Origin: Alphaproteobacteria bacterium
GTDB taxonomy: Bacteria; Pseudomonadota; Alphaproteobacteria; UBA828
Assembly: GCA_965220745.1 (NCBI GenBank)
Contig: CBDCQT010000005.1
Coordinates: 128,001 to 192,000 of the forward strand
DNA: 64,000 bases
Reading direction: 5' to 3'
The notes under the pieces are model-generated. The model made no database searches and was not told where the DNA came from. It worked only from the letters and a program-made list of their open reading frames with translations. Shown piece after piece: positions 60,566 to 64,000 of this stretch. Position numbers and translations under genes: made by a program. Every line of letters begins with the position of its first letter. Position 1 is the stretch's first letter.

Positions 60566-60649
60566 ACTTCCTCGCATCCCTCCGGCGCGTCCATGTACAG
60601 GGGAGGGGAGGCGCCTGGCAAACGCGCGGCGGGGCCGGGAGCGGCCTGA

Positions 60650-61495
60650 GTGGCGCCCTCGCTCTCATCCGTCGGCGGGCTCGCGCGTGCGGCCGACTAC
60701 GACCGCTACCTCTCCGCGCTGTTCGCACCGGCCGGGCGGCGCGAGGCGCTGTTCGCGCTAATCGCCTTCAACCACGAGATCGCACGCATCCCCGAGGCGG
60801 TGAGCGAGCCGATGCTGGGCCGCATCCGGCTGCAATGGTGGCGCGAGGTGCTCGACGCAGCCTATGCGGACGAGCCCACCCGGCGCCACGAGGTGGCGGT
60901 ACCGCTGGCGGACGCGATCCGTGCGTGCGGTCTCGACCGCGCGCCGTTCGACGCGTTGCTGGAGGCGCGGGAGGCCGACCTGGAGGAGGGCGGCTCGGCC
61001 GATATTGCGGCGCTGGAGCGCTACGCGGCGGGCACAGGGGGAGCGCTGACGGAACTCATGGTGCGGGCCTCGGGTGCGGATTCCGGCCCGGCGCTGGAGG
61101 CCGGGAGGCAGGTCGGCACGGCCTGGGCCTTGGTCGGTACGCTTCGGGCGGCGCCCCACGCGGCGGCGCAGGGCCGGGTCACGCTCCCGGCCGACCTTCT
61201 CGCCGGCGCAGGGATGGCGGCCGAGGACGTGCGGGCGGGGCGGGGCTTCGAGCGTTTTGGCGCGGTTGCCGAGCCGGTGGCGGGCCGCGCCGGCGGGCTG
61301 CTCGCTGCGGCGAGACAGGTGCGGCGCTCAGTTCCACGGCAGGCCCGCGGCGTGTTGCTGATCGCCCGCCTCGCCGATCTCTACCGCGCGCGTCTGCGCC
61401 GGGCCGCCTGGGATCCACGCGATCCGCGCATGGCCTGCGGCCCGCTCCGCAAGCAAGCGGCGATGCTGGCGGGCGCAGTATTCAGCCGCTACTGA
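60650..61495 (+). CDS. Squalene/phytoene synthase family protein (NDUFAF6-like)
   Basis: DYDRYLSALFAP, VSEPMLGRIRLQWWRE. Confidence 0.9.
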   Translation: MAPSLSSVGGLARAADYDRYLSALFAPAGRREALFALIAFNHEIARIPEAVSEPMLGRIRLQWWREVLDAAYADEPTRRHEVAVPLADAIRACGLDRAPFDALLEAREADLEEGGSADIAALERYAAGTGGALTELMVRASGADSGPALEAGRQVGTAWALVGTLRAAPHAAAQGRVTLPADLLAGAGMAAEDVRAGRGFERFGAVAEPVAGRAGGLLAAARQVRRSVPRQARGVLLIARLADLYRARLRRAAWDPRDPRMACGPLRKQAAMLAGAVFSRY

Positions 61496-61504
61496 CGCCT
61501 TTGC

Positions 61505-62860
61505 TCAGGCCGCGGCGGCGCGATCGTCACCCAGCCAGCGGCCGAGGTCGGCCCGTGCGCGGGCGACCATCGCGGCCTTGCGGGCGCGCTTGGGCAGGCG
61601 GCCCGCGAGCGGCGGGAACAGGCCGAAGTTGACGTTCATCGGCTGGAAGGTCCCGCCCGCGCCCAGGTGCCCGCCGGTGATGTGGCCGAGCAGCGCGCCG
61701 AACGCCGTGGTCGGCGGCGGGGGCGGAGCGGTGACGTCCGCGACCTCCGCCGCGGCGAAGCGCCCGGCGAGCAGGCCGATCGCCGCGCTCTCGACATAGC
61801 CCTCGACGCCGGTGATCTGGCCCGCGAAGCGCACATGCGGCGCGCGGCGCAGACGCAGCTCCGCATCCAGCAGCGCCGGGCTGTTGATGAAGGTGTTGCG
61901 ATGGATGCCGCCGAGCCGGGCGAAGCCGGCCTGCTCTAGCCCCGGGATCAGGCGGAAGACCCGCTTCTGCGCGCCGTGCGTGAGCTTGGTCTGGAAGCCC
62001 ACCATGTTGAAGAGGGTGCCGAGCGCGTTGTCCTGGCGCAGCTGCACCACGGCGTGGGGGCGGGCGCCGGTGGCCGGGTCGGTGAGGCCCACGGGCTTCA
62101 TCGGTCCGAAGCGGAGCGTGTCGCGCCCGCGCGCCGCCATCACCTCGATGGGCAGGCAGCCCTCGAAGTAGGGCGTGCCGCGCTCCCAGTCGCGGAAGGG
62201 GATCGTGTCGGCGGCGAGCAGGGCGTCGATGAAGGCCTCGTAGCGCTCACGGTCCAGCGGGCAATTGATGTAGGCAGCGCGGTCGCCGCCGGGCCCCGCC
62301 TTGTCGTAGCGAGACTGGAACCAGGCCCGCTCGAAGTCGATGCTCTCGCGGTGGACGATGGGCGCGAGCGCATCGAAGAAGGCGAGGTGCTCTTCGCCGG
62401 TGGCGTCCAGGATCGCCTGGCTGAGCCCCGGTGCGGTGAGGGGGCCGGTGGCGACGATGGCCGGGCCTTCCGCCGCATCCGGCACGCCGGGGGCCTCCGC
62501 GCGGCGCACCCGGATGGCGGGCTCGTCCTCGATCGCCTGCTGCACCGCATCGGCGAAGCCCGTGCGGTCCACCGCGAGCGCTTGGCCGGCCGGCACCTTG
62601 TGCCGGTCGGCGGCGGCCATGACCAGCGAGTCCGCGCGCCGCATCTCCTCGTGCAGGAGGCCCACGGCGTTGCGCTCGGCATCGTCGGAGCGGAAGGAGT
62701 TGGAGCAGACCAGCTCGGCGAGCCGGTCGGTGACGTGCGCCTCGGTGGCGCGCACCGGGCGCATCTCCCAGAGCTCGACCGCCACGCCCCGGCGCGCGAT
62801 CTGCCATGCCGCCTCGCAGCCGGCGAGGCCGCCGCCGACGATGCGGATTCGCTGATCCAC
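61505..62860 (-). CDS. trmFO: Folate/FAD-dependent tRNA U54 methyltransferase TrmFO
   Basis: [41 protein letters not shown]. Confidence 0.96.
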   Translation of the reverse strand: MDQRIRIVGGGLAGCEAAWQIARRGVAVELWEMRPVRATEAHVTDRLAELVCSNSFRSDDAERNAVGLLHEEMRRADSLVMAAADRHKVPAGQALAVDRTGFADAVQQAIEDEPAIRVRRAEAPGVPDAAEGPAIVATGPLTAPGLSQAILDATGEEHLAFFDALAPIVHRESIDFERAWFQSRYDKAGPGGDRAAYINCPLDRERYEAFIDALLAADTIPFRDWERGTPYFEGCLPIEVMAARGRDTLRFGPMKPVGLTDPATGARPHAVVQLRQDNALGTLFNMVGFQTKLTHGAQKRVFRLIPGLEQAGFARLGGIHRNTFINSPALLDAELRLRRAPHVRFAGQITGVEGYVESAAIGLLAGRFAAAEVADVTAPPPPPTTAFGALLGHITGGHLGAGGTFQPMNVNFGLFPPLAGRLPKRARKAAMVARARADLGRWLGDDRAAAA

Positions 62861-62890
62861 CCTCGCGTGCTCCGGGCTCCGGCGCCGGGC

Positions 62891-64000
62891 TCAGGCCACC
62901 TTGCGCCGGGCGCGCCGAGGGCGGCGCGCTCCGTGATGCGCTTGGCGGGCAAGCGCGGGGCCGAGCGCGCGGCGCAGGAACTGCCCGGTGTAGCTCTCGT
63001 CCACGGCGGCAACCTCGTCGGGCGTGCCGGCCGCGACCACGCGCCCACCGCCGTCGCCGCCCTCCGGGCCGAGATCGACGATCCAGTCGGCGGTCTTGAT
63101 CACCTCCAGGTTGTGCTCGATCACCACCACGGTGTTGCCGCTCTCCACCAGCGCGTGCAGCACCTCCAGCAGCTTGCGCACGTCGTGGAAGTGGAGGCCG
63201 GTGGTGGGCTCGTCGAGGATGTAGAGGGTGCGCCCGGTGGCGCGTCGCGAGAGCTCCTTGGCGAGCTTGACCCGCTGCGCCTCGCCGCCCGAGAGCGTGG
63301 TCGCCTGCTGGCCCACCTGGATGTAGCCGAGGCCGACCCGCTGCAGGGTCTCCAGTTTGTTGCGGATCGCCGGCACCGCCTTGAAGAAGGCCGCAGCGTC
63401 GTCCACCGTCATCGCCAGCACGTCCGCGATGGACTGATTGCGGTACAGAATCTCCAGGGTCTCGCGGTTGTAGCGCCGGCCCTTGCACTCCTCGCACTGG
63501 ACGTAGATGTCCGGTAGGAAGTGCATCTCGATCTTGATCAGGCCGTCGCCCTGGCAGGCCTCGCAGCGCCCGCCCTTGACGTTGAAGGAGAAGCGCCCCG
63601 GCTTGTAGCCGCGGGCCTTGGCCTCCGGGAGCCCGGCGTACCACTCACGGATCGGGCCGAAGGCGCCGGTGTAGGTGGCCGGGTTCGAGCGCGGCGTGCG
63701 GCCAATGGGCGACTGGTCGATGTCCACCACCTTGTCGAGGAACTCGAGCCCGTCGATGCCGTCGTGGGCGCCGGGCTGGACGCGGGCCGCGAACATGCGC
63801 CGAGCGGCGGCGCGGTAGAGCGTGTCGACCACCAGCGTGGACTTGCCGCTGCCGGAGACACCGGTGACGCAGGTGAAGGTGCCGAGGCGGAAGGAGACGT
63901 CGATGGACGCGAGGTTGTTCGCCTGCGCGCCCCGCACCGTGACCCGCTGCCCCTCCTTGCCGGGCCGTGTGGCCTCCGGCACCGGGATCGCCTCCTCCCC
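62891..64000 (-). CDS. uvrA: Excinuclease ABC subunit A, 3' part (5' end beyond window)
   Basis: [42 protein letters not shown]. Confidence 0.97.
   Translation of the reverse strand, partial: GEEAIPVPEATRPGKEGQRVTVRGAQANNLASIDVSFRLGTFTCVTGVSGSGKSTLVVDTLYRAAARRMFAARVQPGAHDGIDGLEFLDKVVDIDQSPIGRTPRSNPATYTGAFGPIREWYAGLPEAKARGYKPGRFSFNVKGGRCEACQGDGLIKIEMHFLPDIYVQCEECKGRRYNRETLEILYRNQSIADVLAMTVDDAAAFFKAVPAIRNKLETLQRVGLGYIQVGQQATTLSGGEAQRVKLAKELSRRATGRTLYILDEPTTGLHFHDVRKLLEVLHALVESGNTVVVIEHNLEVIKTADWIVDLGPEGGDGGGRVVAAGTPDEVAAVDESYTGQFLRRALGPALARQAHHGARRPRRARRKVA

Overview
High-GC, probably alphaproteobacterial chromosome (yajC-secD-secF-Mth938 ... squalene/phytoene synthase-trmFO-uvrA neighbourhood). 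A ~48.3 kb mobile island (about 330-48596) splits a PhyH-family dioxygenase gene right after its WHQD motif. The island carries two tandem Arm-type tyrosine integrases, a truncated Fic gene, and a sugar-catabolic cargo (GMC oxidoreductase, sugar ABC transporter, XRE regulator, ThDP enzyme, AUDH-like cupin). It also holds a defence cluster (1714-aa exonuclease-RecQ-UvrD fusion, type I Zorya, a DUF6361-like/PLD/SF2-helicase trio, an EEP nuclease, a fused type IIG-like RM enzyme) and a mobilisation module (three tandem RHH proteins plus a TrwC-like MOBF relaxase, no T4SS). The main observation is that the left junction reads on the minus strand as a MOBF oriT nic site (GCACC-GAA-GGTGC hairpin then GTTAGGCGGTGT), and the host sequence at the right junction mimics it (11/14). 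This suggests integration at the nic site, possibly by the relaxase itself. A near-consensus sigma70 promoter at the right end would drive the integrases only after circularisation. All family calls are from motif recognition by eye; no searches were run.
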